From the NCBI GenBank assembly GCA_963663765.2, contig CAXXUA010000005.1, forward strand, positions 1,216,001-1,280,000: a stretch of 64,000 nucleotides of DNA. Direction: 5' to 3'. Below the pieces are notes generated by a model, which saw only the letters and a list, made by a program, of their open reading frames with translations, did not search any database and was not told where the DNA came from. A program made the translations under genes and the position numbers. Of this stretch, positions 18,201 through 27,799 are shown piece by piece; the stretch's first letter is position 1, and each line of letters opens with the position of its first letter. This stretch comes from Candidatus Poribacteria bacterium (GTDB lineage Bacteria > Poribacteria > WGA-4E > WGA-3G).

Positions 18201-20754
18201 CATCTTCTGATTGGACAGTATAGGATTCTAATTCCGTTACTGTCGGTTCTGATTGAGTTCTCCAGTGATGTGGTCTTTCAATTGCAGAAATTGTCACCTT
18301 CAAAGTACGCCCAGCATCAACATTACCTACTGGGTCAATGACGATATAGTTGAAGGTGGCTTCCGCATTTCGCTTTACTGTTCCTGTCTTTGTACGTTTG
18401 ATGCCAACATAATGAGAGTATGGATGGACAGTAAGTCGTTTTGAAGCAGAAACTGCACGTCCGCCAAGTTCCTGGACTGTCGTGCTGATATTGGCATTCA
18501 GCGCAGCTGGAGATTTTAGACCTTCAGGCAGCATAAACTGATACTCAACTTTTCCCTCTATGTCCGTTACTGCTGTATCCAGTTGCACTCGTTGATGACT
18601 GAAAGTACGGGTTGCGTCATAGAAATTGAATGAACGCCACTTTTCAGGTGGGTCAAAAGACGTTGTTGACAGGTAATAACTGGCACTAACATTTCTACCA
18701 ACCGCTGGCGTTCCAAACAGGTTCTCCGCATTGACCTCTAAGTTGACCTCATCTCCTAACATGAAAGTGTCTTTGTCCGCTGTTACCGACACCTTCATCC
18801 GATCAGGCACAAACTCTTCAACCTGAAAATGAGCGGTTCCAATCTGCTTTTCATCCGACCACATATTGGCAGAATACCAACCTGTTGGTGCATAAGCTGG
18901 GATTGGAATCTGGACTTCACACACACCTTCTTTATCTGTCTGCTTCTGAATTTCCCGTAGTTTTGAATTATATGGTGCCATTATGTCAATTCGTAATGGC
19001 AGAGATGCTGGTACTTCGTTGTTTTTACTACGCACAATTCCGATAAGATTGACTGTCTCTCCCGGTCGATATACACCGCGCTCTGTGTAGACAAACGCTT
19101 CATGTCCATCCGTTAGATATGCAATACCACCAGTGCTGAAACCGTATGTAGAAAGTTGGTGTCGCTGTAATTGCAGAAGTGAAAAGTCGTTGTCCTTTGT
19201 AACAGTCAACATGAATTGCGGATTATCTTTGAGCATATCTTCTTCTAAGGTGAGTTTAGTAAAACCCGCATCGTCAGTCTCTCCAGTGAGTAATGTTTTT
19301 TTATCACGATTATTTATCAGCTGAACTTTCGCTTTCTGTATAGGTTCTAAGGAATCAAGTGAATTGACCCACACCCATAGTTCTTTATTAATTCGTTTTG
19401 CAACAATACCAAGGTCTGTGATGACAACCAATTGCTCAGTATAGCCTCTCCTACCTCTGTCAGAATGAACCACAACCTTAAACATACCTGCATGTTCATC
19501 GGTCAAATAATCCTTTAGAGATAATGTCGTGGTAACCTCTTCGTTTAGACGGGGTTCTATCTTGAATTCACCTTGTTGAATCAGCATCGGTAACTTGTCA
19601 GAATATATCTTTGCAATTCCAAATCCGATCTGTTCGACGTTAGTCGTTCCTAAATTCAATTCCAATGCTCCTTTACGAGGCATGAAAAAGGATTGGTCTA
19701 TAAAACGGATTCTCGGATGCAGATCAGGTACATTGAGCCTTCGTACAAAAGTGTTTCTTAATATTGACCCGTCCGCTGAAGCCACACCGCGCTTAATGTT
19801 CAACGTATATTCGGAACGAAATTTAAAATCTGCATATATTTCTAACTGCTGATGATTGGCAGCTAACTTGAACGGCAAAGACGGTTCAATACTGATATGG
19901 TCCTGAAACATCTCAAGTGTAATAGGTGAACTAAAATTAAGTCTTATGAACGCAATACCATCTCGCTGTACATAGTTTGCACGACTAACCCGAAGTTCTT
20001 TTATATTTGCAAGCTGAATTGGCGCAGCACTCGTATCTTTAAGTCCTATTTCTGTTCCGATACACTTCAGTCCTTTACCGATTTTTACCTGCAAGAACCG
20101 CCCTTCAAGTAATGGCAAAATATCATCAAATTCTATGAGAACAGATTTCGTTGTAGGATTCTGCTTTTGAAAAACATAGGGAATTTCATCACCGCGCCCC
20201 GATAGTATCGAAAGAAACTCCTCTAAACCCGCAATGCTTACAGGATAGTTAAAGGTTACGTTCCCATAACCTTTCGCTTTCTTTAGGTCTTTATCATACC
20301 GAAATTCAATCACAGAACTTTCCACTTTAAACGGTGCAGTTGTATGGGTGAACTTACGTTTGCCTGTAACTGCTAAATCCGAAGATGGATTCAGTTTCGT
20401 AGCAATCTCAAAGTTGTATTCAACCGAAGGTGCTAAAGTGCCATCTAAGAAGATGCCAATCTGATTGTGTGCCATCCATCTCGCTTTTAATTCCAGTGAG
20501 GGTGTGGTCTTAATTGCATCTTTTGGCAGTTCTGTAAAAAGTTGGTCGTCTTCAACTATCGGTTTGGAGAGGGTTATTAGAAAATCCGCTACACCGCCGT
20601 TCTGGTCTCGCGGTGCAAACGACTTTATATTGATCTCCGTTTCTTCTGTCTCTTGTGCATTCACAACATACATTGAGAAACAAACAGCAGCGGACAGTAA
20701 AGTCGCAATAATAATGATTATGTGCTTTGGGAATATATTGGATTTCATGAGCAT
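15202..20754 (-). CDS. bacterial alpha-2-macroglobulin
   Basis: TERGVYRPGE, VEEFVP, AAVDEGIL, thioester motif YPHGCLEQ, terminal AEAMYDP; signal peptide. Confidence 0.95.
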   Translation of the reverse strand: MLMKSNIFPKHIIIIIATLLSAAVCFSMYVVNAQETEETEINIKSFAPRDQNGGVADFLITLSKPIVEDDQLFTELPKDAIKTTPSLELKARWMAHNQIGIFLDGTLAPSVEYNFEIATKLNPSSDLAVTGKRKFTHTTAPFKVESSVIEFRYDKDLKKAKGYGNVTFNYPVSIAGLEEFLSILSGRGDEIPYVFQKQNPTTKSVLIEFDDILPLLEGRFLQVKIGKGLKCIGTEIGLKDTSAAPIQLANIKELRVSRANYVQRDGIAFIRLNFSSPITLEMFQDHISIEPSLPFKLAANHQQLEIYADFKFRSEYTLNIKRGVASADGSILRNTFVRRLNVPDLHPRIRFIDQSFFMPRKGALELNLGTTNVEQIGFGIAKIYSDKLPMLIQQGEFKIEPRLNEEVTTTLSLKDYLTDEHAGMFKVVVHSDRGRRGYTEQLVVITDLGIVAKRINKELWVWVNSLDSLEPIQKAKVQLINNRDKKTLLTGETDDAGFTKLTLEEDMLKDNPQFMLTVTKDNDFSLLQLQRHQLSTYGFSTGGIAYLTDGHEAFVYTERGVYRPGETVNLIGIVRSKNNEVPASLPLRIDIMAPYNSKLREIQKQTDKEGVCEVQIPIPAYAPTGWYSANMWSDEKQIGTAHFQVEEFVPDRMKVSVTADKDTFMLGDEVNLEVNAENLFGTPAVGRNVSASYYLSTTSFDPPEKWRSFNFYDATRTFSHQRVQLDTAVTDIEGKVEYQFMLPEGLKSPAALNANISTTVQELGGRAVSASKRLTVHPYSHYVGIKRTKTGTVKRNAEATFNYIVIDPVGNVDAGRTLKVTISAIERPHHWRTQSEPTVTELESYTVQSEDGIADFSFTPVAFGVHRVEVEDVEGGAKVSTQFYVAEWGGVSWSKENPNTLDMTLDKAAYRPGEKAKLTIKAPFSGKVLLTIEREKVLSFQTVMIDADTATLTIPVQDDYGPNVYLSAMLIRSTTSLEKDLPARAFGVVPLKLDAKQHELTVEMDTPEQIRPNSEVEIKFKVQGERKGQPYRIAIAAVDEGILQLTSYQTPQPHNRFYQQRRLNTISYEFYNTITKDDQFPIKPIESLADLMNVVISEMAKVTEHSQLMREERLVESLQADSEVADLAFSRRERGLGIARQSALSTVSSKLQSRLNTDSVVRVSSVALWSGLTTTDVEGNGSVRFKVPQFNGTLRVMAVAFSGVDYGSATEKIQVRDPVVLTPTFPRFLTGGDQVRIPVSIYNSTGNTGTFTVKLKGTGPVQLLTENGPKNHLVFAKEDSLEKQMQIASGKEGQLYFDVVTHDEIGIAEFNLSASGNGEDIQFAPMRLPVRSAAPPVTKTGHGIVREGEPADFIFPSNLRAETSEFMLTVSPLPSVRFANGLRYLVRYPHGCLEQTTSRVFPLLYLSDLARIVEPELAEEGKIDEYINAGITKLEDMLLPDHNFAYWQGRSHINNWSSVYASHFLVEARKAGYKVSDNVYNRMLEGLRQQARRGGSINVPHEKSDRYLLARAAYACYVLAAANQPEKSVMHYLRNNRLTELNVYSQFQLAGAFALSGDVETALSMLPEEIVLDDKETRDSGRNFDSSIRAQAIILDVLVEIKEDHPAITKLVESLTEAAAKGQRWTNTQENAFALLALGKFLNKRPNQKYTGTLTRNGAHFANFDSTSARHTGSDWDGEKIDITVKGEGTCYYYWEAFGISRDSYIEEYGRELQLTRRYLTPDGSRVKNNFKQGELVIAEITVEALTSNLANVAVVDMLPAGFEIENPRLVTREGASTANRKGYRPSYVDIRDDRLVFYGTFQLRRQERFYYALRAVTEGTFTVPPVSAEAMYDPTKSAVASMGTIQIVK

Positions 20755-20856
20755 GCCTCCTATTTTAGAGGAAATCGGGTTAACAAAATATTTATCACTA
20801 AAATGACATTTTTGGGGATTACGATTCGCTCAAACTTAATTTCAGATTTGTGTGGA

Positions 20857-21789
20857 TTAGTTGGCATCAACCTTCAAACTTCCTACCAATGACTTTATTG
20901 AACTCATGTTTACCTTCTCAAGATATGTCTGAATGCCTTTCACGACCTCTATGGATGCTTGTGGATTGACAAAGTTAGCGGTTCCGATTGCTACTGCAGA
21001 TGCCCCTGCAATGAAAAATTCCACGGCATCTGTCGCAGTCATAATACCTCCCATGCCAACAATCGGAATAGAGACATTTTTGTAAACCTCCCAAACCAAT
21101 CTCAATGCAACAGGTTTAATAGCAGGTCCGGAGAGTCCCCCTGTAATATTTGCAAGTTCCGGTTGCCGGGTATCCGCGTTGATCGCCATACCCAGTAAGG
21201 TGTTAATCGCAGAGAGTGCATCTGCTCCAGCATCTTCAATGGCACGTGCAATCACAGTAATATCCGTAACATTAGGTGATAGTTTTACCAGCACAGGTAA
21301 ACGTGTTTTCGCTCTTACTTCTTTGACAAGCTGATGTGCTAAAGTGGCATCAACACCAAAACTCATGCCACCACAATCAAGGTTCGGACAGGAGATATTC
21401 AGTTCCACACCAGCAACACCTTCAGCATCGTCAAGTTTCTCAACAACTATAAGATATTCCTCAACCGTTTTCCCACAAACATTGACAATCACAGGCACAT
21501 CAAAATCGCGTAGATAAGGTAACTTCTCCGAAATAAACCCATCTACACCTACATTTTGCAACCCAATAGCGTTGAGCATGCCAGACGGTGTTTCCATAAT
21601 GCGGTCCATCGGATTACCGGGCCACGGTACGCTTGTAACACCTTTGACAACAACCGCACCAAGTTTGTTCAGGTCAACGAAATCCGCGTATTCACTGCCA
21701 TAACCGAAGGTCCCAGATGCAGTCATCACAGGATTCCGCATCCGTATCCCGCCAATATTCACGCTGAGTGAGGTAATTTCTTCATTCAT
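20857..21789 (-). CDS. pyrD: dihydroorotate dehydrogenase family 1B catalytic subunit
   Basis: NPVMTASGTFG, NAIGLQN, ELNISCPN, KLSPN, GGLSGPAIKP. Confidence 0.95.
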   Translation of the reverse strand: MNEEITSLSVNIGGIRMRNPVMTASGTFGYGSEYADFVDLNKLGAVVVKGVTSVPWPGNPMDRIMETPSGMLNAIGLQNVGVDGFISEKLPYLRDFDVPVIVNVCGKTVEEYLIVVEKLDDAEGVAGVELNISCPNLDCGGMSFGVDATLAHQLVKEVRAKTRLPVLVKLSPNVTDITVIARAIEDAGADALSAINTLLGMAINADTRQPELANITGGLSGPAIKPVALRLVWEVYKNVSIPIVGMGGIMTATDAVEFFIAGASAVAIGTANFVNPQASIEVVKGIQTYLEKVNMSSIKSLVGSLKVDAN

Positions 21790-21810
21790 TCTGATTAAAA
21801 ATGTAATTAT

Positions 21811-22022
21811 CAGGACTTACGCACACAACGGTAGGCGCGCTTTGTAAGCACGCTGGAAAACGAAAAAATGCTGAAAATTACAACATTTTCGTCATAATAT
21901 TTGAATAATCATGAAAACTGCGTAATACCAAATTAACGGAATTTATCTTTTTCCAACGGTAGGTGCGGTTTCCTAACCGCACACTTAGCAAGACGGATTA
22001 CGTTAATTGGGTATAAGTCCTG
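21811..22022. mobile_element. MITE family D copy with a nested element in its right TIR
   Basis: CAGGACTTACGCA left end; right TIR split by 21926-22013; TAATTAT direct repeats on both flanks. Confidence 0.85.
21926..22013. mobile_element. 88-bp MITE family I carrying a REP
   Basis: TIRs TACCAAATTAACGGAAT / ATTACGTTAATTGGGTA (15/17); TAA duplicated at 21923-25 and 22014-16. Confidence 0.75.
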
Positions 22023-22079
22023 TAATTATATTCTAAAGTTGATTCCAATAACATAACTAACGTTCAACTTACCTACGTG

Positions 22080-24422
22080 CTACTGTTTATCTTCTCTTAG
22101 ATTGCGGAGTTCTCGTTCAATCCTGAAAATGAGTTTTTGATCATTAATCTGCTTCGCGAGGTTCAATGCGGTTTGAAAATCTTGTTTCGCTTCCGCAACT
22201 TTCCCGTTCTGTTTATTCACAATTCCTTTGCTGATAGAAGCGGTTGCATAATCTGAAATAGCAGCGTTGTTGTTTCCAAGTTTTTGCATCAGATCACCGC
22301 GACTGTAATATACATCAGGATACTGAATAGTAATGGCTATTGCTCTATTATAATCCTCAAGAGCATCTTTGTGTCGTTCAAGAGCTGCTTTAGCTTTACC
22401 GCGAATATGATAAGCTGAAGCATAACGAGTATTGAGTTGTGTGACTATGTCAAGATCGAGAATAGCCTCTGTATATTGTCCAACTTCATATTTCGCACTG
22501 CCGCGATTGTAATATGCCTGGATATATTCCGGTTTTAGTTTTATGGTAGTATCAAAATCTGAGATGGCATCCACATATCGTTTTAGACTTAACTTCGCCT
22601 GTCCACGCTTATGATGAGCCAAAGCATCATCAGGTTTTAGTTCTATATAGGCATTGTAATCCATCACAGCAGCATTGTACTTATTGAGATAGTTTAGCAT
22701 GATAAATGCGCGCCTGTAGTACGGAAAAGCATAATTAGGATTTAATTTTATAGCGGTACTATGGTCCGCAATTGCGGTATCATACTGTTTTAGGTTTTCG
22801 TTCGCAATTCCACGATTATAATAATATGTTGGATTATCAGGATCAAGTTTCATGGCGATCTCATAATCTGAAATCGCAGCTTCATATTGTCTGAGTGCTA
22901 ATTTAACATTCCCGCGATTGTTGTAAGGAAAAACATAATTTGGATTTATTTTGATCGCAGTATCAAAATCTAACATCGCATCAGCGTATTGTTTCGCACT
23001 ATACTTTGCTCTGCCACGATAGTAGTAATATACAGGATTATTAGGATTTATTCTTATAGCAGCATCATAATCTAAAATGGCATCAGTATGTTGTTGGAGG
23101 AAGCGTTTTGCCTCTGCACGATACAAGTAAGTAAAAGCATCATTAGGATTTAGTTTTATCGCGGCATCATAATTTATGATCGCGTCTGCATACTGTCTGA
23201 GAAATCGCATGGCATCACCACGGTTTTTGTAAGCCTCTACATAATCGGGTTTTAGTCTTATGGCAGTGTCATAATCCGCAACCGCACCCTCTAAATCACT
23301 GAGGTATCGTTTTGTAAAACCCCTATCATTATATGCTTGCGCGAAATCAGGTTTTTGCCTGATTGCAGTATCAAAATCTGGAATTGCACTCTTGAATTGT
23401 TTTAAGCGTAACTTGGCTCTGCCACGATTATAGTAAAGCGATGGTTCATCAGGTGTTAGTTTTATTGCAACATCGTAATCAGCAATCGCTTCCTTGTATT
23501 GCTTGAGTGAGAACCTAAGATGACCACGGTTACTGTAAGCCTGCACAAAATCGGGTTTTAGTCTTATGGCATCAATATAATCCAAAAGAGCAGATGCGTT
23601 TCGTTTAAGGTTTTGCTTCGCATAGCCGCGAAAATAATATGATGCGAAGTTATCAGGATTGTAGAAAAGTGCTGTTGTCAAATCGTCAATAGATGCAGCA
23701 TAATCCCCTTGATCAAAGTGAGCTTTTCCAGATTTATAGAAAAACTCAGCGGATATATTCCCAAGTTCATGATGTTCCCACAAAGGTTTGATATGTTTTG
23801 CCCGAATTAGTAGGGCAATCAGTGACTCTGATGGAACAACAATAATACCTCCTCTCATGTTCCAAACAGGATTTAAGCCTACGCCGATCACTTCCCCAAC
23901 TTTATTTAGCACTGGACTCCCACTGTGTATCAATGGGATTTGCGTTCTTATTTCATATTGCTTTTCCGGTTGTATTCCTTGCCGACTCATGATGTCCCCC
24001 TCCGTGAACACACCTGCCGAGTCTTTTTCGTTGCATCCAGCAATATATACTTTTTTGCTTGTTGCAATAGTGCTGCTGTCACCTATCGGTAGCGGCGTTA
24101 TACCAGCTGTTGTAACGCGCAGCAGCACCAATTCACTTTTCGGGTCTATTAAAACGACGTTTTCTATCGTATAGATTTCATCTTCACCGACTAATTTCGC
24201 AGTGCCTGTCGCTGCACCTATTACTACGTCGGAATTGGTCACAATCAGTGTGTCTGAGACAAAGAACCCATTCCCGATACTGATTGGCTTATCACTGTCA
24301 TCCTTCATCTCTAAAAAGACTGTAGCATCTAACGCTTTTTCGCTAATCTTTTCGGATGATGCTGTAATGGTTGCAACGCATATTAGTAAGAATATGATAG
24401 GAATTATGGTATATCTGCGCAT
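22080..24422 (-). CDS. secreted trypsin-like-domain protein with long TPR array
   Basis: Signal peptide; GNGFFV..VTN, SGSPVLN..GEVIGV; about 15 TPRs of the AY.NRG..AI.DYD.AI.L.P type. Confidence 0.9.
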   Translation of the reverse strand: MRRYTIIPIIFLLICVATITASSEKISEKALDATVFLEMKDDSDKPISIGNGFFVSDTLIVTNSDVVIGAATGTAKLVGEDEIYTIENVVLIDPKSELVLLRVTTAGITPLPIGDSSTIATSKKVYIAGCNEKDSAGVFTEGDIMSRQGIQPEKQYEIRTQIPLIHSGSPVLNKVGEVIGVGLNPVWNMRGGIIVVPSESLIALLIRAKHIKPLWEHHELGNISAEFFYKSGKAHFDQGDYAASIDDLTTALFYNPDNFASYYFRGYAKQNLKRNASALLDYIDAIRLKPDFVQAYSNRGHLRFSLKQYKEAIADYDVAIKLTPDEPSLYYNRGRAKLRLKQFKSAIPDFDTAIRQKPDFAQAYNDRGFTKRYLSDLEGAVADYDTAIRLKPDYVEAYKNRGDAMRFLRQYADAIINYDAAIKLNPNDAFTYLYRAEAKRFLQQHTDAILDYDAAIRINPNNPVYYYYRGRAKYSAKQYADAMLDFDTAIKINPNYVFPYNNRGNVKLALRQYEAAISDYEIAMKLDPDNPTYYYNRGIANENLKQYDTAIADHSTAIKLNPNYAFPYYRRAFIMLNYLNKYNAAVMDYNAYIELKPDDALAHHKRGQAKLSLKRYVDAISDFDTTIKLKPEYIQAYYNRGSAKYEVGQYTEAILDLDIVTQLNTRYASAYHIRGKAKAALERHKDALEDYNRAIAITIQYPDVYYSRGDLMQKLGNNNAAISDYATASISKGIVNKQNGKVAEAKQDFQTALNLAKQINDQKLIFRIERELRNLREDKQ

Positions 24423-24614
24423 AATACACCTTTATTGAATGTGAAGGATGGAACACATAAGTATATTTGTGTGCATGTGTCTTAATTATATTATGCATTG
24501 TGGTTATTTTCAAGGTTTTTATTGAGTGTATACAATTTTTGACTTCTTTGAAACAAGGTATCCAATTCACCGCCTACAATGAATTTCGCTGTTGAATGAC
24601 AAATCCTTACTACA

Positions 24615-26525
24615 TCACCAACTTAAATAAACAACGCGATAATCAAAAAACAACCCCAAAATACTTATCACAGATGCAACGATTACATCCCCAATCACCA
24701 GCCCAATAAAAAACGGGATAGCACGCCGATATAACCGAACCCCACCTGTTGAAAGTAGTATCCTTTTTACCGTCCAACTGATTAATAGCGGAAACCATAG
24801 CCCAGTAAACGTCCACCAACTTGATACAACATAGCCAACAGGATGCAGCGGAAACTGAATGAATCGCCACCGCAATAGCAGTAAACTGATAGCAAAAATA
24901 AACCCACCAGCAGTATACACCATGCCACCGATATTTGTGTCGTTAGGATTGTGTAACCATCCTGCAAGTCGATTGAATGCGGCGCGGGCATACCAAGAAC
25001 GCGCATTCTCTAAACCGACATGATACGAGAGGTGCAGATGTCCCCACGCAGCCGAAAACGCACCAACTATAATTGCAATTGCTAATACCCATAGCAGTTG
25101 CGTGGCATTAAATCGTGTTTGATGTGCAAGTTTCAATGCCTCTAATTGATGTGGCATCGGATGTGCGCGGTAAGACAAATGGTTCAACCAGAAGAATAAC
25201 GTCATCACTGACAAATTGCGATTACCAATACGACGTGTCCCGAACGCATCTGTCAAGAGCAAGTCTGGACCGGCATTGTATAGATCGTGTGCAGGCGGTC
25301 CCAACTCGGCACGAATACGAGTAATCGTAATTGACATAGCAAAATATATCACAAAAAATAACGCTGCAAACCATAAAGACATGCCAGCTTTCAGACAAAA
25401 AGCCAAAATCAAAATGAAACCTAAAACTGCACCGACCACTGCTGTTTTGTAGCGTAACGCTTCACCCGCATCACTATCAGTCGGGGAACGACTGCGAAAC
25501 AAGGTTTTCAGTACTCCCTTCACATGAGAACGTCCCATCCACAACGTCCAGAGAAATAGTGCTATCCAAACACCGCGGATCTGTGCCATCTCTCTCGGAA
25601 ATCCGATGGCACTGCGCCACCCAAAACTCTGCCCAACGATCCTTTCAAAATGCCAAAACAGGTGAAAAAACCAGCATGAAAATCCCAAATCCAACGGAAT
25701 CAGAAAGCCAATCCCGATGGCAAACGGAAAGAAACTGATGCGGAATCCCGGTCTATTCATAGCACTCCACGGACTTTCGGTAAGACGAAAACTATGATAA
25801 AGCGGAATTGACGGGAAAACAGGATTAATTTGGTGTAAACTATAGAGAAGATTCAGAAGGGCAGCAATGCTTAACCCAACAATCATCATGCGTCGATTGA
25901 AAAAACGACTTTTGCCTTGCGTGATTTCAAGTGGGAGCTGCGCAATCGGGTAGGTGAGACGTTCATGTTCCTGCCACTGCTTCCGTAACAGCACATTCAG
26001 GCAAAGCATCGTTACACCGATAACAAGGCAAAAACCCACCCAAGTAAGGGTTGGCACTAACCATGCATTCAGGTGTGCTTGAAGATAGAACGTGGATTCG
26101 CCTTCATAGAAACCGCGTAATACATCCCGATTGCTAACAACAAGCGATTCTGGAAGATGTTGATGAAAAAGTTGTGACCATTCGTTTTCAGGGGTTGCGT
26201 ACCAAAACCCATTGCCCATCAACGGTACCAGTACCTGCAGCATGTCGCGACCTGCAAAAACGGATGCTTGACACAGCATGGCATAAATTGTAAGCAACTC
26301 CGTTTGTGTCAACGCAAGTGTGGGACGTAACCGACGTAGGAACGAATTGATCGCAACGAGGATGAGCAACGTAAACAGCACATTAAACAATAACGCTAAA
26401 CTCGTGGGACGATTAGAATCCCAGATATAACTCAGGTGTAATATCCAGTAACTATTAAGCGGTATAAGAGCAATGCCAATTAACGTTGCACGTAACGTGA
26501 TAGGACTTTTCACTGGAGACTTCAT
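24615..26525 (-). CDS. polytopic membrane protein, DUF6785/DUF6784-like putative transporter
   Basis: Many TM segments; LRKQW..ERLTYPIAQLP, RIRAELGPP, PLHPVGY, PFFIGL..GD. Confidence 0.75.
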   Translation of the reverse strand: MKSPVKSPITLRATLIGIALIPLNSYWILHLSYIWDSNRPTSLALLFNVLFTLLILVAINSFLRRLRPTLALTQTELLTIYAMLCQASVFAGRDMLQVLVPLMGNGFWYATPENEWSQLFHQHLPESLVVSNRDVLRGFYEGESTFYLQAHLNAWLVPTLTWVGFCLVIGVTMLCLNVLLRKQWQEHERLTYPIAQLPLEITQGKSRFFNRRMMIVGLSIAALLNLLYSLHQINPVFPSIPLYHSFRLTESPWSAMNRPGFRISFFPFAIGIGFLIPLDLGFSCWFFHLFWHFERIVGQSFGWRSAIGFPREMAQIRGVWIALFLWTLWMGRSHVKGVLKTLFRSRSPTDSDAGEALRYKTAVVGAVLGFILILAFCLKAGMSLWFAALFFVIYFAMSITITRIRAELGPPAHDLYNAGPDLLLTDAFGTRRIGNRNLSVMTLFFWLNHLSYRAHPMPHQLEALKLAHQTRFNATQLLWVLAIAIIVGAFSAAWGHLHLSYHVGLENARSWYARAAFNRLAGWLHNPNDTNIGGMVYTAGGFIFAISLLLLRWRFIQFPLHPVGYVVSSWWTFTGLWFPLLISWTVKRILLSTGGVRLYRRAIPFFIGLVIGDVIVASVISILGLFFDYRVVYLSW

Positions 26526-26540
26526 AGAGAGGAAAGAAAA

Positions 26541-26753
26541 ATGGTAATGGCGGTATTCGGGTTCGTTGTCTTGATTCTGATAGGTGGTGGCGTGCTGGTT
26601 GCCCGGTTAGCAACCGTCGCAAAATCCAAAGGTGCTTGGGTATGGGGTGTCTTTATTCTTATCCTCCTTATCTGTATTCCACTTTTTCTGTTAGGTATCT
26701 GCGTATGGTTGCTGAACTTCTATAATATAGATTTTGATTTTTTTGAGAATTAA
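26541..26753 (+). CDS. small two-TM membrane protein
   Basis: 70 aa with two hydrophobic stretches; AGAGGA RBS; fills the gap between two minus-strand genes. Confidence 0.5.
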   Translation: MVMAVFGFVVLILIGGGVLVARLATVAKSKGAWVWGVFILILLICIPLFLLGICVWLLNFYNIDFDFFEN

Positions 26754-27463
26754 CCCATATTCGTTGGTGCTTCGTCTGCACTTTCTACCTTTGCAGAAGC
26801 GGGAGATTTCCCAGCTATGTAGAGAAACCAAAAGGTTAACCCAATGGCAATGACAATCCATATTATACCCCACAACTCTGTGGAAGGAAAAGTTATTTCT
26901 GATAACATCCGAGCATCTGAACGCAAATGCGACCTATCCAAAACATCACTTTTAATGTCAAGAACAGCATAGAGGCAACTTGACACACCAATTATCTTTA
27001 ATACCCATTCATTCACAATCACCGGCAAAAACATACCAAAAAGAATTAACACTGCACCAAAACCGATACCAAACAGATAAGTAAACAGATTGGAGCCAAA
27101 ACCGATAGTAATCGCTATCATTCCGATGCCGATCAACACACTCACCGATTTGCTAAAACGTGTTCTTGCTGCCAATAACAGGATAATACCACCCCATATC
27201 AAACTACCAAGGTAACCAGCAGTTAACACCCAAAACCTCGATCCGCCATAGGTATATGCATGTCCGCCTTGTTGAGGATTAACCTGAAATTCACCAAATT
27301 TGCCACCAGTGACAACACCTGCAAACCCATGACTTATTTCGTGCATAAACACAACGAAAATCTTGAGCGGATACATTACCACTGTATTCCACAATAGCGC
27401 GATACCGATAAATATTAGTAATAACGCAATATAACGTTTAAATAATTCCATTATTTTTCTCAA
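26750..27463 (-). CDS. M50B-like intramembrane metallopeptidase
   Basis: FMHEISHG (HExxH), AGYLG, SDA motifs; hydrophobic. Confidence 0.85.
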   Translation of the reverse strand: MRKIMELFKRYIALLLIFIGIALLWNTVVMYPLKIFVVFMHEISHGFAGVVTGGKFGEFQVNPQQGGHAYTYGGSRFWVLTAGYLGSLIWGGIILLLAARTRFSKSVSVLIGIGMIAITIGFGSNLFTYLFGIGFGAVLILFGMFLPVIVNEWVLKIIGVSSCLYAVLDIKSDVLDRSHLRSDARMLSEITFPSTELWGIIWIVIAIGLTFWFLYIAGKSPASAKVESADEAPTNMG

Positions 27464-27542
27464 TAATAATTCAGTAATTCGCAGACATACCGCAATAAAC
27501 GAGTTACGTCAATAATTAGGAAAGTAAGATCAATGCCAATGT

Positions 27543-27674
27543 CAGAAGCATTCAATTGTCCCTATACATCTTTGTAGGAGGGGTTTGTAACCCCGATGTG
27601 TTATGCTTGTTCTCTGAAATCGGGGTTACAAACCCCTCCCACATGAGTCCATTTCGGACAATTGAATACCTCTG
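27543..27674. mobile_element. MITE family F carrying an inverted REP pair
   Basis: TIRs CAGAAGCATTCAATTGTCC / GGACAATTGAATACCTCTG; degenerate ~10-bp flanking repeat ending AATGT. Confidence 0.75.
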
Positions 27675-27693
27675 ATACCTAATGTCAAAATGC

Positions 27694-27722
27694 TTGCATG
27701 TTGAATGACAATCTGCTATAGT
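27694..27722 (+). promoter_or_regulatory. sigma70-like promoter of aroC operon
   Basis: TTGCAT-17-TATAGT with extended TG. Confidence 0.5.
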
Positions 27723-27799
27723 ATATCACAAGTTATGTAAATATACACGCAAAAAGTGATGGTTTACACCACAAATCACGCTTATCGGAATAAAAAGAA

